A stretch of DNA of 64,000 nt from an uncultured euryarchaeote (GCA_937911265.1 CALDRG010000063.1:5862-69861); one strand, 5' to 3'. Positions 19,642 to 30,049 are shown, numbered from the stretch's first letter. Made by a program: numbers and translations. Notes: generated from the sequence alone by a model not told the origin.

Positions 19642-22086
19642 TTAGCCCTCTACAGTTGCGGAGTTCTCGTCATCCTCTTGATCCTCGGCATCAGACGAAG
19701 TGGTGTCCGGGTCAGTGGTCTCGCCTTCATTATCGGAGTAGTAGATCTCGGGCTCATCGTATCCAGGAATCTCTATCTCAACCATGAGTTCGAGGTCGTC
19801 GGTCCTGTGGACCGAGACGCCGGCGGTGGAAAATGCGTAGATGTAGTCGCCCATGAATATCGATCGGCGGATGCTGGTCGAACCTCCCCACCAGCCTGAC
19901 AGACCATCCTCGTTGTAGAATTCAGAGTGGTTGACCATTCCGTGGGTGCTGAGCGTGCCACTCTCTACGTCTACGTCAATGAGCTCGAGGGTGGAGACGA
20001 ACTCGTAGCCGGAGTAGGTGTAGGTGCGCCCGTCAATGATGACCTCATCCCAGGTGTAGCGGTAGGTAGACAGTGGTACTGCGAGCAGTTGCTCAGGCGC
20101 CCAGTAGGTGAATGCCTTGTGCTCGTAGGTGGCCTCGGAGAATGACCACGACCAGCCGCAACCCCACTCGTCGCAGCTCTCGTCCCCGTAAGCCGGAGAC
20201 AGTGGCAGTGAGTCAGCGAGCACCGGATTGGTAGGGTCGCTAACATCGAATAGAGAGACTTGGGTGATGGACCAATCGAGTCCTTCGCCGTCGGGCCCGG
20301 GTCCGATGCCGATGGTTAGCAGAGTGTTAGCATCGACCGGGTGGATATAGGTCGAGACGCCCGGAACCTCGAGCTCGCCGAGAATCTTCGGGTCGGTCGG
20401 ATCGGTAAGATCGATGACCCAGAGCGGATCTATGTTGCGGAAGGTGACTAGGTAGGCGCGGTCGCCCACAAAGCGTGCGCTCCAGATACGTTCGCCTTCG
20501 GCAATGTCGCCGACGTGGCCGATTTGTACCAACTCGGCAGAGTCACCCTCACATCCCTCGGGAATCATGCACTCCATCGCGAATAGAGTGAATACATTGT
20601 TTGTGGGACCTGTCCACTCTTCGCCCTCTAGCCACCAGCGGCCCCATGCGTCCTCGGTGGTAGCGACGCGGATGACCCCGTTGTGCTCCGAGAGTGAGAA
20701 TTGATCCTGCACCGTGCCATTGACCCTGCCAGAGGCGACGTAGGTCGTCTCGGAGGGGTCGCTGATGTCGAAGACGTGAATGTTAGTGGCGTCATCCCAG
20801 CCGGAGTTACGCCAGAACCACCACCAGTCGTTGGCGGGCTCTGCTAGTACCATGACATCCTGAGAGGCGTACACATGCGCCCATGAGGAGGTGATGTGAT
20901 CGACTTCCATTTCAGAATCATCACCGAGCATCTGGATCGTCATGATGGTCGTGAAACCACGGCCGGCGCTGTCGGCGCTGGCCGAGTACTCGCTGCAGTC
21001 TCCCGAGCTTATCGGGTGTTGGAACAGGCCCTCCTCGTCAATCTCGTAGATGTGCGGAGCGAAGTCGTCGAGGGTCAGGTCATCGATGATGGCCTGATTG
21101 GCGGTGATGGTTTCTTCCATGCTCTCGTTCCAGATATCCATCCTCACCTCGTCGCTGTCTGACTCCCAGTAGGTTTCTGGCAGGTAGACCCATGTGCGCA
21201 TGCCCTCGATGTAAGTCCACAGGTGAGTTATCGAGCGCATGGTTCCGTTGATCAGCCTCGCGGTGTGGTAGTTACCCTCGATGTAGATCTCGCGCTCGAC
21301 CTCTGGAGCAGCCCTGTCGGAGACGTCGACGACGGTGTACTTCACGAGATTTTGTACGCGGGTGTAAGTGTAGGAGTACTCCTCCTCTCCAGGATATTTG
21401 ACGGTGACCTCTTCCGACATCAGCTCCCTCAACGGGTCATCGGCTTTCAGGTTCCAGTAGTATATCGAAGAGGCGATGACAAGTCTGTCGCCATCAAGCA
21501 TCATCTGCATCGGATAGCCCTGCACACTCATGTTGGACTCGAGCGTCAGTTCACCAAACTCGGGGACACCCATAATCACCAGCAAGTTGCCGTTGAGCAT
21601 GTAGATGTGGTAACCGTCGGTCTTCAGGAAGTCGGCCTCGTCGACGCCATCCTCCTGGTTGTTGGTCTCGGAGTACTCGCCCTCACGGCTAGTGTCGTCG
21701 GTGTTTGATCCAAAATCAGCCGATGCATCTCCGGCAGGCTCGGCACCGTCCATTTCCATCATGACATCGTCCCCAAACAAGCCGCCGCGCCAGACGGGGG
21801 CGGCCCAGTGCCAGTACGCCTGCTGGTCCAGTGCAACCAACATCTCGTTGTAAATCGAGTTCTGAAGATTCGTCAGTAGGAGTTCGCACTCGTCGTAGAT
21901 GTCGAGCACCGGCGAGGTACGCTCACGGATGGGCAGATTCAGCTGGGGGTACTCGCCCTCGAGCCAGTCAAGAATCGGATCGATGACCTCGTCGTCGATA
22001 TCATCGAGGTCGTTTATAGCACCCAGGCAGCCTGAGTTCAGCATCATCAACAGTACCAGAATTACAGTCCGTGGACTTCGCTTCAT
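19642..22086 (-). CDS. Secreted/lipoprotein beta-propeller domain protein (Beta_propel family)
   Basis: Signal peptide ending SGC; YSETNNQEDGVDEADFLKTDG, QFSLSEHNGVIRVATT, ERIWSARF...VTFRNIDPL, GELEVPGVSTYIHP. Confidence 0.88.
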   Translation of the reverse strand: MKRSPRTVILVLLMMLNSGCLGAINDLDDIDDEVIDPILDWLEGEYPQLNLPIRERTSPVLDIYDECELLLTNLQNSIYNEMLVALDQQAYWHWAAPVWRGGLFGDDVMMEMDGAEPAGDASADFGSNTDDTSREGEYSETNNQEDGVDEADFLKTDGYHIYMLNGNLLVIMGVPEFGELTLESNMSVQGYPMQMMLDGDRLVIASSIYYWNLKADDPLRELMSEEVTVKYPGEEEYSYTYTRVQNLVKYTVVDVSDRAAPEVEREIYIEGNYHTARLINGTMRSITHLWTYIEGMRTWVYLPETYWESDSDEVRMDIWNESMEETITANQAIIDDLTLDDFAPHIYEIDEEGLFQHPISSGDCSEYSASADSAGRGFTTIMTIQMLGDDSEMEVDHITSSWAHVYASQDVMVLAEPANDWWWFWRNSGWDDATNIHVFDISDPSETTYVASGRVNGTVQDQFSLSEHNGVIRVATTEDAWGRWWLEGEEWTGPTNNVFTLFAMECMIPEGCEGDSAELVQIGHVGDIAEGERIWSARFVGDRAYLVTFRNIDPLWVIDLTDPTDPKILGELEVPGVSTYIHPVDANTLLTIGIGPGPDGEGLDWSITQVSLFDVSDPTNPVLADSLPLSPAYGDESCDEWGCGWSWSFSEATYEHKAFTYWAPEQLLAVPLSTYRYTWDEVIIDGRTYTYSGYEFVSTLELIDVDVESGTLSTHGMVNHSEFYNEDGLSGWWGGSTSIRRSIFMGDYIYAFSTAGVSVHRTDDLELMVEIEIPGYDEPEIYYSDNEGETTDPDTTSSDAEDQEDDENSATVEG

Positions 22087-22147
22087 GTTTAGGGGCAACG
22101 GCTTGGGTAATATCAAGCGGTTGGTTAGATGGTTGGACATTTCCTGC

Positions 22148-22351
22148 TCAGACTGCCGGCCCTATGGGTCGAAACGGCGGGAAAGGGGTGTTACGCGGCC
22201 TCGGGGCGGGGATCGGCTCCTCGGAGTCCTCCTCCGCTAGGGTAAGGGCGTTCGTCGTTCCTACATCTCCTTCCTCAGAACCGGAGATTAGGGCTTGCGT
22301 GCCGCTCATGAAAATCAGGGCGGCGATGTGTAGGTCCAGGTTTCGGTCCAT
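22148..22351 (-). CDS. Small hypothetical protein (hydrophobic N-terminus, acidic middle, Pro-rich tail)
   Basis: Fills an otherwise empty 300-bp gap; an AT-rich box (CTTATCAT) lies ~25-30 nt upstream. Confidence 0.45.
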   Translation of the reverse strand: MDRNLDLHIAALIFMSGTQALISGSEEGDVGTTNALTLAEEDSEEPIPAPRPRNTPFPPFRPIGPAV

Positions 22352-22454
22352 CAAGCAGCAATCATCGACATATCCATGATAAGCGACTTGGGCCCTTGAG
22401 TCACCCCTGCATCAGACCCAAAAGAAAGATACCTGACAACTCCGGAGATAAGCC

Positions 22455-23402
22455 ATGGAGTCTCCTCCCGACCTCTCGGACGGCCGGATAGGAATCATCG
22501 AATATCCATCTGCAAGTCCCTTCGAGATTCATCACATCCTGTGCAAGATGGACTCGGCTCCCCAACATTCCGTGTTCGGCTCCCTCCTGATGCCAGAGCG
22601 CCCCGCCGGTGATCCCATGCCGTGCGTGGTCGCCGTGCACGGGAGTCTGAACTGGAGGGGGCACCATCACGAACACATCGTGGGCTGGCTAGAGGCTGGA
22701 TTCGCAGTCTTCAGGGTGCACAGCTTCGACTCACGGCTCATTGGATCCACGGTCGAGGATCAGATGAGCGTGACATATGCCATGATGCTGACCGATGTCT
22801 ATCAAGCTCTCAGGATGCTATGCACCCATCCTGCGATAGATGCTGGCCGAATCGGTATAGCTGGTTGGAGCCTAGGAGGCACGGTCGCCCTATATTCCTC
22901 TTGGGAGCCTCTGGCAGAGGCACTGGCGCCTAGCGGCGAGCGCTTTGCTGCCCACCTCCCCCTCTATCCAGCAGCTCATCTGAGGATGGATGACCAACGC
23001 TGGTCGAAGAGTCCAATCCTGATATTGCACGGCGATGAGGATGACTGGGTACCTCTGAGTCTTGTCGAGAGTCTAGTAGAGGATATCAGGCCGCACGGTG
23101 CGAACATCGAGGTTCACGTCTACGAGGGCGCGCAGCATTCATTCGACTCGATCGAGCCCCTGAGCTTCGACCCGAAGGCCATCAGGCTTGACAGTCACAG
23201 GACCATCCGTATCGATATGCAGGGTGATATGTCAGCGGAGATTATGCCCGGTGTCGTCATTCCGCTCAACGAACCCGAAGAGCGTTTGGCGGCCTTCGCA
23301 GCCGTCCCCAACCTGGGAGTCCACAAGGGAGGTCAATGGACGGCGCGAAGGCACGCGCTTGGTTGCAGCACTGAGTTCTTCCAGAGAAGTCTCAGCGTAT
23401 AG
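22455..23402 (+). CDS. Dienelactone hydrolase-like alpha/beta hydrolase
   Basis: GWSLGG nucleophile elbow, HGDEDDW, GAQHSFD. Confidence 0.85.
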   Translation: MESPPDLSDGRIGIIEYPSASPFEIHHILCKMDSAPQHSVFGSLLMPERPAGDPMPCVVAVHGSLNWRGHHHEHIVGWLEAGFAVFRVHSFDSRLIGSTVEDQMSVTYAMMLTDVYQALRMLCTHPAIDAGRIGIAGWSLGGTVALYSSWEPLAEALAPSGERFAAHLPLYPAAHLRMDDQRWSKSPILILHGDEDDWVPLSLVESLVEDIRPHGANIEVHVYEGAQHSFDSIEPLSFDPKAIRLDSHRTIRIDMQGDMSAEIMPGVVIPLNEPEERLAAFAAVPNLGVHKGGQWTARRHALGCSTEFFQRSLSV

Positions 23403-23466
23403 TGGCGGCTAGCTGCCTAGCACGTTGACCGCGTGGTCGCCGTTGATGTCGACTCCCTATGATTCG

Positions 23467-24198
23467 TTACTCTGGACCCCAGGGCGTGACTTGGCGTGTT
23501 AGTCCTAGCCTATGGGTGAAGAGGAATCGTAGGTTGAGCAAACCATCCCCCCAAGTGTTGATTTCCGCCTCGCCGACACGTGGACGATATGGAACACTCA
23601 CCTCATCTGTATTCTTCTTGCCCAGATACCGGCGCGCCCTGATTTTGAACTCCTGAGAAAGTGGCATACCATCGTGCTTGGGACGCACGCGCTCGTCCTC
23701 AAATATCGACTTGTGGAACACCCACATACCACTTTGTGAATCGTGTACGCCATACCAGTAGAGCAGGCTTGCAGTTGTACTCAGAACCCAATTACCGAAA
23801 CCGTGGATTCCGGGCATCGCTCCTTCCTCAGCCCGGCGCAACCTGTCGCAGGTAATCCACTGCAGTTCCTCATTGAGCAGCTTCCGCACCAGTCCGGGAA
23901 CCTCTTCACCTGGATATGTGCAATCCGCATCCATGGTCACAATGACATCTCCCGGAGCCATTGAGAAACCTGTCTTGTACGCTCTACCGTATCCTTTCCT
24001 AGGTTCGACATACACAGTCGCTCCCTCTCCCTCAGCGAGTTCTCTAGTGCGGTCGGTCGAGTTGCCGTCGATAATGAGGAAGTCTAGTTTCTCGCACCAG
24101 CCATCATTCGGGATGGAGCGAATTGTATCCACGATGGCGGCTTCCTCATTGCGCGTCGGTATCACCACAGTGACATGAACTGGTAGAGAGTCTGCCAT
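23467..24198 (-). CDS. Glycosyltransferase family 2 (polyprenol-phosphate glycosyltransferase-like)
   Basis: VVIPTRNEE, IDGNSTDRT, GYGRA, MDADCTYP, DSQSG. Confidence 0.9.
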   Translation of the reverse strand: MADSLPVHVTVVIPTRNEEAAIVDTIRSIPNDGWCEKLDFLIIDGNSTDRTRELAEGEGATVYVEPRKGYGRAYKTGFSMAPGDVIVTMDADCTYPGEEVPGLVRKLLNEELQWITCDRLRRAEEGAMPGIHGFGNWVLSTTASLLYWYGVHDSQSGMWVFHKSIFEDERVRPKHDGMPLSQEFKIRARRYLGKKNTDEVSVPYRPRVGEAEINTWGDGLLNLRFLFTHRLGLTRQVTPWGPE

Positions 24199-24303
24199 GC
24201 TATCGAAGGCGGCGACCAAAGGCCTAGTTTTGAACAATGCGAAGCGCTGCCCAGAGGTCGTGCTCTTGAAATGCGGGTGCTGAGCCCCGAATAAGGGGGA
24301 ACC

Positions 24304-25524
24304 ATGCACATAGCCATGCTGTCAGCCGAATATCCGCCTCGCTGGGGCGGGATGGGTTCAACGGTGTACCACCTGTCCGCCGCTCTGGCCGCTAGAGGCC
24401 ACCGAATCACCGTCATCACCCGATCAGGAGGGGGCATTGCACCAAAAATCGAGGGCGTCGAGGTGCTGAGCGTGGGTTGGGTCCCTCTCCCAATGGCATT
24501 CACACGCTCTTACGGTCGCAGTGCGATGCGGGCTCTGAAACACCTGCACACTCGCGACCGGGTAGACGTCGTCCATCTACACTGCCCGATGATATCGTGG
24601 AATACCAAGCAATTTGAGAGTTGTCGGGAGAACATTGCTCCGGTGGTCTCCTCGCTGCACGGCTCGTGGCTAGGCGAACGAGATGGGCTGGTTGCCGCCT
24701 CGAAGCAGAAGGAGGCAGCGGTCTGGGCCAACCCCAATGACCTCGCGATACTCTTGACAGCCAAGCACTACGCCGGCTACGAGAGGGCTGCGGTCCGTGG
24801 CTCCAGCGTGTGCGTGGCGAACTCCAAGGCTACCAAGAACGACTTCGAGTCACGCTACTCACCCCCGTCCGACTGGGATTGCGAAGTGGTACACTGGGGC
24901 GTTGACACCAGCATGTTCGTGCCGCTGCACCGTGATGATGAGGATTCTGTCGCAACCCACGAAAGGATTCGATCCAGATATGGTGGCTCGCGTCTGCTAC
25001 TGGCAGTGGGGCGTCTCGCGGCGAGGAAAGGCTACGGCCTGCTGCTCCGGGCCTTCGCCAATATCCATTCATCGGACTCCCAAATTCGTCTGGTAATCGT
25101 CGGACGAGGCCATCTGCGCTCGCGCTTACAGAGACAGGCCCGAGCTCTCGGTGTGGCTGACGCGGTAACAATTGAGTCGGGGATGCCCTTCGAAGAGTTG
25201 GCGGCGCTGTTCCGCTCCGCCGACCTCGTGGTCTACCCCTCTTACTACGAGGGTCAGGGCCTTATTCCGCTAGAGGCCATGGCTTCGGGCACTCCCGTTG
25301 TGACAGTCGACCACGGGCCGCTGCCAGAGATGGTGGACGAGAGCGTCGGCAGGCTATTCGTGATGGGGGATCCAGATTCCATGGCGGGTGCCATCATGGC
25401 CGAACTGGCTGACCCTGAGAGGTTGCAAGAGAAGGGAGAGGCTGGTCGACGCAGGGTGCTTGAGAAATTCACCTTTGAACACGATGCAGGGCGTTTTGAA
25501 GCCATATACGAAAGGGCGGAATGA
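24304..25524 (+). CDS. Glycosyltransferase family 4
   Basis: EYPPRWGG, VGRLAARKG, PSYYEGQGLIPLEAMASGTPVV. Confidence 0.92.
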   Translation: MHIAMLSAEYPPRWGGMGSTVYHLSAALAARGHRITVITRSGGGIAPKIEGVEVLSVGWVPLPMAFTRSYGRSAMRALKHLHTRDRVDVVHLHCPMISWNTKQFESCRENIAPVVSSLHGSWLGERDGLVAASKQKEAAVWANPNDLAILLTAKHYAGYERAAVRGSSVCVANSKATKNDFESRYSPPSDWDCEVVHWGVDTSMFVPLHRDDEDSVATHERIRSRYGGSRLLLAVGRLAARKGYGLLLRAFANIHSSDSQIRLVIVGRGHLRSRLQRQARALGVADAVTIESGMPFEELAALFRSADLVVYPSYYEGQGLIPLEAMASGTPVVTVDHGPLPEMVDESVGRLFVMGDPDSMAGAIMAELADPERLQEKGEAGRRRVLEKFTFEHDAGRFEAIYERAE

Positions 25525-25582
25525 AAATCCCAGTTGGGGAATTATTCATGCGTTGGTCGCACTGGCGTAGGTAGGGGAGAGC

Positions 25583-26656
25583 ATGGGAGAGACTCAGAGC
25601 CTGCGTGATTTACCTTCAGCTACAGTAGCCAACATCGCTATCATCCTGATGGTCTCGGTGCTAGCAATAATCCAGCTCAAGGCAGTAATACAGCCCCTAG
25701 TGATTGCAACTCTTCTCTTCCTGCTCATCCGGCCCGCTGCACAGTGGTTGGAGGAGCGCCCGATAATGCAGAAGTACGGCCATCCACTGATGCCATACGG
25801 CGTCCTCGTAGCGATTCTATTCCTAGTGATGTGGATAGCATCGCAGTTACTCTACTCCAACCTGACCTTGTTCACTGAGGAGATACCCGGACTGACAGAG
25901 AAGCTCAACATCAAGCTGACCTGGCTGGAGGGACTGGAGCTCTGGGGATACTCCTTCGACGTCAGCGGCCTGACGGCGCTCTTGAGTTTGGACACCATCA
26001 ACAACTACCTGACTGGATTCGTTGGCTCGTTGGCGAGTTTTACCGCCAGTGCAGCGACTGTTCTCATCTTCCTGCTCTTCATCATCCTCGAGGCCGAGAC
26101 CCTGCCTCGCCGTTTGAAAGCGGCTTACCCGGAGGATGCCGAGAGGGTGCAGGCTGTAGCAAGCTCCTCGGGAGAGGGCATCAACACCTATGTCGTTACT
26201 AGAGCCACCGTAGCCTTCGGTCAGGCCGTAATCGCGGGGATTATCCTCTGGTACCTCGATATCCCTGGTTGGTTCATGTGGGCATCGATCACCTTCATGA
26301 TGGACTTCATTCCCTACGTGGGAGCGCTGATTTCACTGATTCCTCCAATCTTCCTCGGCTTCATCGTACTGAGCCCGACTTGGTTTGCCATACTCATTCT
26401 GGTGTTGGTCCTCAACCAGCAGGCATGGGGGGCTGTGGTCGAGCCGCAACTGGCCGGACAACGGCTTGACATGTCTCCCATCGTGCTGCTTCTCCTAGTG
26501 GCCTTCTGGGGCTGGGCGTGGGGAGTAATGGGGATGGTTCTCGGAGTTCCTCTGGCTGTAATCATGAAGATCGCTCTGGAGTCCGACTCGAGAACGCGTC
26601 CAATTGCCATGCTGCTCTCCCGCGATCCCAAGCAACAGGCTGTAGAAGAGGAGTGA
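25583..26656 (+). CDS. AI-2E (PerM/UPF0118) family transporter
   Basis: Multi-TM; FIPYVG, VEPQLAG..LDMSP, WGVMGMVLGVPL. Confidence 0.88.
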   Translation: MGETQSLRDLPSATVANIAIILMVSVLAIIQLKAVIQPLVIATLLFLLIRPAAQWLEERPIMQKYGHPLMPYGVLVAILFLVMWIASQLLYSNLTLFTEEIPGLTEKLNIKLTWLEGLELWGYSFDVSGLTALLSLDTINNYLTGFVGSLASFTASAATVLIFLLFIILEAETLPRRLKAAYPEDAERVQAVASSSGEGINTYVVTRATVAFGQAVIAGIILWYLDIPGWFMWASITFMMDFIPYVGALISLIPPIFLGFIVLSPTWFAILILVLVLNQQAWGAVVEPQLAGQRLDMSPIVLLLLVAFWGWAWGVMGMVLGVPLAVIMKIALESDSRTRPIAMLLSRDPKQQAVEEE

Positions 26657-27265
26657 TTAGTCCCGCGGGACTATCACCACTAGGACTCCGTCGGCCCGGA
26701 TGTGCACTGACTCTCCCGAGCCGACATTGTGGAGTCCTTCCGTAGACAGGCTCATCGGCGCACCGTCCAACTCCCACCGGGCGCCGTGCAGGTGTACGCT
26801 ACGGCAGGGAGTTAGTGCAAACACTGAGAATTCGCCTCCGGAGCGCACCGCGAACTCGCGCTCGCCTTCCTGAGGATGTACCCGATGGGTTACAGAGTCC
26901 TCGTGGTGGAGTCGTATGGCTGCACCTGAAGGTACCTCGCACAACGCCGCCCAACTCCCGAGGAAGTGGCTTGTAGCGCCTCCATCCGAGCCGACGACGT
27001 CGATCTCATTGTAACCACGCTCAATGAGCAGTGAGAGAGACTTGGCTAGGTCGCTACTCGACTGGTCGGCTAATTCGTAGGTCCGACCTCGCCACCTGTC
27101 GGAATCGACAGAATCGAGGTCTCCGAGGACCTGATCGACCTCATAACCCGCCTCAGCAGCCCTATCGGCCCCTCCGTCGACTCCGAAGCAAACAGCACCC
27201 TTGAGAAGGCCCTCGACGACAATTTCCGAGGGTTGTTGTCCATTGCACCAGAGTAGCGCTCGCAA
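26657..27265 (-). CDS. thiN: Thiamine diphosphokinase
   Basis: LWCNG, VDGGA, GDLDS, DQSSSDLAK, GARWEL, GLHN. Confidence 0.82.
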   Translation of the reverse strand: MRALLWCNGQQPSEIVVEGLLKGAVCFGVDGGADRAAEAGYEVDQVLGDLDSVDSDRWRGRTYELADQSSSDLAKSLSLLIERGYNEIDVVGSDGGATSHFLGSWAALCEVPSGAAIRLHHEDSVTHRVHPQEGEREFAVRSGGEFSVFALTPCRSVHLHGARWELDGAPMSLSTEGLHNVGSGESVHIRADGVLVVIVPRD

Positions 27266-27269
27266 TTCA

Positions 27270-28301
27270 TCACCTCTTGCGGGCGGTTATCTTGCCATCG
27301 ACCACGAGGTCAACGTCGTTCAGTTCAATTGTCGGCTTCAACATGACCCCTCGCATGTGGATACCTACGCTTGCCGAGCCACCGAGAGCGGAGTTGTCAC
27401 CGATTCCGAAGTAAGCCGAACCGCGGACCACCTGATCCTCAAGCCTGTTTCCAGTCATCCTCGCCCTCGAGTTCATCCCGAAACCGAACTCAGCCACTGT
27501 TTTGACCAACCCGGCCCTAGACGGACGCAGGCCGACCTTGGCCTCATCGAGCACTGACCCGACACTCTCTGCCAGCTCACCACCGGAGATGCTGACCACC
27601 ATGCCTTCCTCGGCTAGGAAGGTGAGGGGCTCGTCTAGAAGGATGCCTTCCCACGAACCGTCGATGACGATTTTGCCGCTCAGGGTCTGCTCCTTTGGTA
27701 GAACGAAGACCTTTCCGGCCGGCAGGTTAGTCACCTGCCCAGGTCGGTTGCATATGCCGTTGTCCTCGAGCACCCAGCGGGCCCCGGTCCTGAAAGTCAC
27801 ATCGGTGCCTGCTGGAGTCGTCACCCTGACATCGCGCCTACGCCGCAGCATCGGATTCAGCCCTGATATCTCCTTCTGCAGGGCGTTGTAGTCAGCGGTC
27901 ATCCCACCCATCGCCATCATCTCCTCGTTGATTCCAGGCATCGAAGCTATTCTAGCCCCCTCCCGCGATGCGGTCAGTCGTGCACGGGTATGAGTCAGAG
28001 AGTGGCGAGTGGCGAGCAGTACGACATTCTGACGGCGCATCAGATCACCGACCGAGGCCGGGGGCTCGTTGCCCTGCCTGTGTCTGCGAGGCATCATCAT
28101 CATGAGTATTCGATCAGTAACCTCCGAGGCGGCCTCGTATAGTGAGCGACCGACTTCGGAAGTCGACGGGTCGGTGACTACCAGCACGTGCTCGTGCGGC
28201 CGCACCTGCATGCAAGTTCTCACTACTGAACGAGCCGCGGTCAGCATCGCCTCCTCGCGTTCGGTGTCATCACCGATGAAAACATCAGACTCCTCGGCCA
28301 T
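27270..28301 (-). CDS. M29 (aminopeptidase T-like) homolog with degenerate metal site
   Basis: SLTHT.AR, GARIASMPG, TPAGTD, NLPAG, IDGS, AEFGFGMN, GDNS..GG. Confidence 0.8.
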   Translation of the reverse strand: MAEESDVFIGDDTEREEAMLTAARSVVRTCMQVRPHEHVLVVTDPSTSEVGRSLYEAASEVTDRILMMMMPRRHRQGNEPPASVGDLMRRQNVVLLATRHSLTHTRARLTASREGARIASMPGINEEMMAMGGMTADYNALQKEISGLNPMLRRRRDVRVTTPAGTDVTFRTGARWVLEDNGICNRPGQVTNLPAGKVFVLPKEQTLSGKIVIDGSWEGILLDEPLTFLAEEGMVVSISGGELAESVGSVLDEAKVGLRPSRAGLVKTVAEFGFGMNSRARMTGNRLEDQVVRGSAYFGIGDNSALGGSASVGIHMRGVMLKPTIELNDVDLVVDGKITARKR

Positions 28302-28403
28302 CGCTCCTCGGCTCGTGATGAGAGTTCTGTTATTCAACACCACTACATAATGTCAAACCAATTCACCACGGCAGTCATAGGTGAAGATGGGTTGTGCAGA
28401 GTA

Positions 28404-29228
28404 ATGGAAGGCGTCCGGACGGTGCGACTCGTAGCCGCTCTTGCGGTAGCTGCTATGCTCGCCGGTGGCTGGATGATGAACACACCGCTGGACGAAATCA
28501 CCGATGACGGGAGTACAGTGAACGACGAGGGGTCTGCAGCCGTCGACGGAGATTCCGAGGAGGCACAGCCTGTCCTCAAGCGGGAAGAGAAAGAGGATGA
28601 TTCCGGCTCCACACTGCCGCAGAGGCTCCTAGCTGGAGGAGTGGGTGCCCTGGGGTCGCTCATTCTCGGATCGTTCGTACTTGAATTTGTGAAGGTCACA
28701 GTGCTAGTGGCACTGATATCCCCTATGCTCGCGAGGATGAAGAGCAATCGAGAGGACATGCTCACCCGCGGCCGTCTGCTCGGATACCTCGAGGCAAACG
28801 CGGGAATCCACTTCTCCGCACTGCGCGACGCCCTTGGGCTTGCCAACGGAGTGACAGCTTACCACCTCCACACTCTGGAATCAACCGGTCAGATTATTTC
28901 GTGGAGGGATGGTAAACTGCGCCGCTATGCAATTTCCAGTCTGTCTAGGGAGGAAATTGGGCGAATTAGGAACCCTATCGCTGGGACTCGCCTAGCCATA
29001 CTCGAGGTACTGTCCGAATCTGGCAACATAGGCCTCTCAGGCACCGATATCCGATTGAAGTTAGAAATTTCGAGGCAGCTGCTGAGCCACCACCTAAACG
29101 AACTGCGCAATGGTGAGATGGTCGAAGCTGCCTCAGAGGCACGGCGTCCCAAGTGGCGGCTGTCAGACAGTGGGATGGACGTACTAATCACCTCTAGAGA
29201 GGTAGCTCGAATCGAGGCTGTAGCCTGA
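28404..29228 (+). CDS. Membrane-anchored tandem winged-HTH transcriptional regulator
   Basis: Two hydrophobic segments, then GIHFSALRDALGLANGVTAYHL and a second HTH, ISRQLLSHHL. Confidence 0.78.
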   Translation: MEGVRTVRLVAALAVAAMLAGGWMMNTPLDEITDDGSTVNDEGSAAVDGDSEEAQPVLKREEKEDDSGSTLPQRLLAGGVGALGSLILGSFVLEFVKVTVLVALISPMLARMKSNREDMLTRGRLLGYLEANAGIHFSALRDALGLANGVTAYHLHTLESTGQIISWRDGKLRRYAISSLSREEIGRIRNPIAGTRLAILEVLSESGNIGLSGTDIRLKLEISRQLLSHHLNELRNGEMVEAASEARRPKWRLSDSGMDVLITSREVARIEAVA

Positions 29229-29233
29229 ATAAT

Positions 29234-30001
29234 TCAAGGAATCAAACGTCCTTCCATTCCGCCTGCGACCTCGATTACCTGGCCCGTGATGTGTCCCGAT
29301 ATCTCGTCCGAAGCTAGCATGACCACCACGTTAGCCACATCCTCAGGGGTAGCGAGCTTCTTCAGTGCCATCGTCGCAGTTGCACGCCCTACTAGCTCCT
29401 CGTCAACCCCATGTTCGGCCTTCTTTGGCGTAACAGTCCATCCTGGAGCGACCGCATTAACACGGACACCGCCAATATGCGAGACGTCGTTCTTCAATGA
29501 CATCAGCAGACCTGATGTGATGGCGCCCTTAGCAGCAGCGTAGTCAGCATGTCCTGATTCACCGTAGATACCTGCTGTCGAACCAATCAGAACGATTGAC
29601 CCCTGTCCGACTTCTGCGGCGTGGCCAAGGAAGGCGCGAACAGTGCTCACTGTAACCCCAAGATTGGAGTCAATGGTGGAGGTCCAACGCTCACCATCAA
29701 TTTCCCAAAGCGGCTTGGACGGTGTGGGATAATGGCCGGCATTAGCGATGCAAATATCGAGGCCTCCGGATTCGGAGACAATGCTTCGAACCATCGATAG
29801 CGCTTCCTTGTCATCGCGCAGATCCGCACGGATAGCTATTCCATCGATTTCCTCGGCCAGCGATACGGCTGCGGCGGTCGAAGAAAAATGATGCACGACC
29901 ACGCGAGCACCCTCAGCGGCGAACGCTCTGCAAATGGCCTGACCTATGCCACCAGCACCGCCGGTGACGAGCACAACCTTGCCATGCAGCCCGGTTTCCA
30001 C
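29234..30001 (-). CDS. SDR family oxidoreductase
   Basis: TGGAGGIG, ANAG, YAAAK, VNAVAPG, ITGQ. Confidence 0.92.
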   Translation of the reverse strand: METGLHGKVVLVTGGAGGIGQAICRAFAAEGARVVVHHFSSTAAAVSLAEEIDGIAIRADLRDDKEALSMVRSIVSESGGLDICIANAGHYPTPSKPLWEIDGERWTSTIDSNLGVTVSTVRAFLGHAAEVGQGSIVLIGSTAGIYGESGHADYAAAKGAITSGLLMSLKNDVSHIGGVRVNAVAPGWTVTPKKAEHGVDEELVGRATATMALKKLATPEDVANVVVMLASDEISGHITGQVIEVAGGMEGRLIP

Positions 30002-30049
30002 GCAGGACGGGAGATGTTCCGCTACTTTATGTCCTCAGACTATCTGCCT

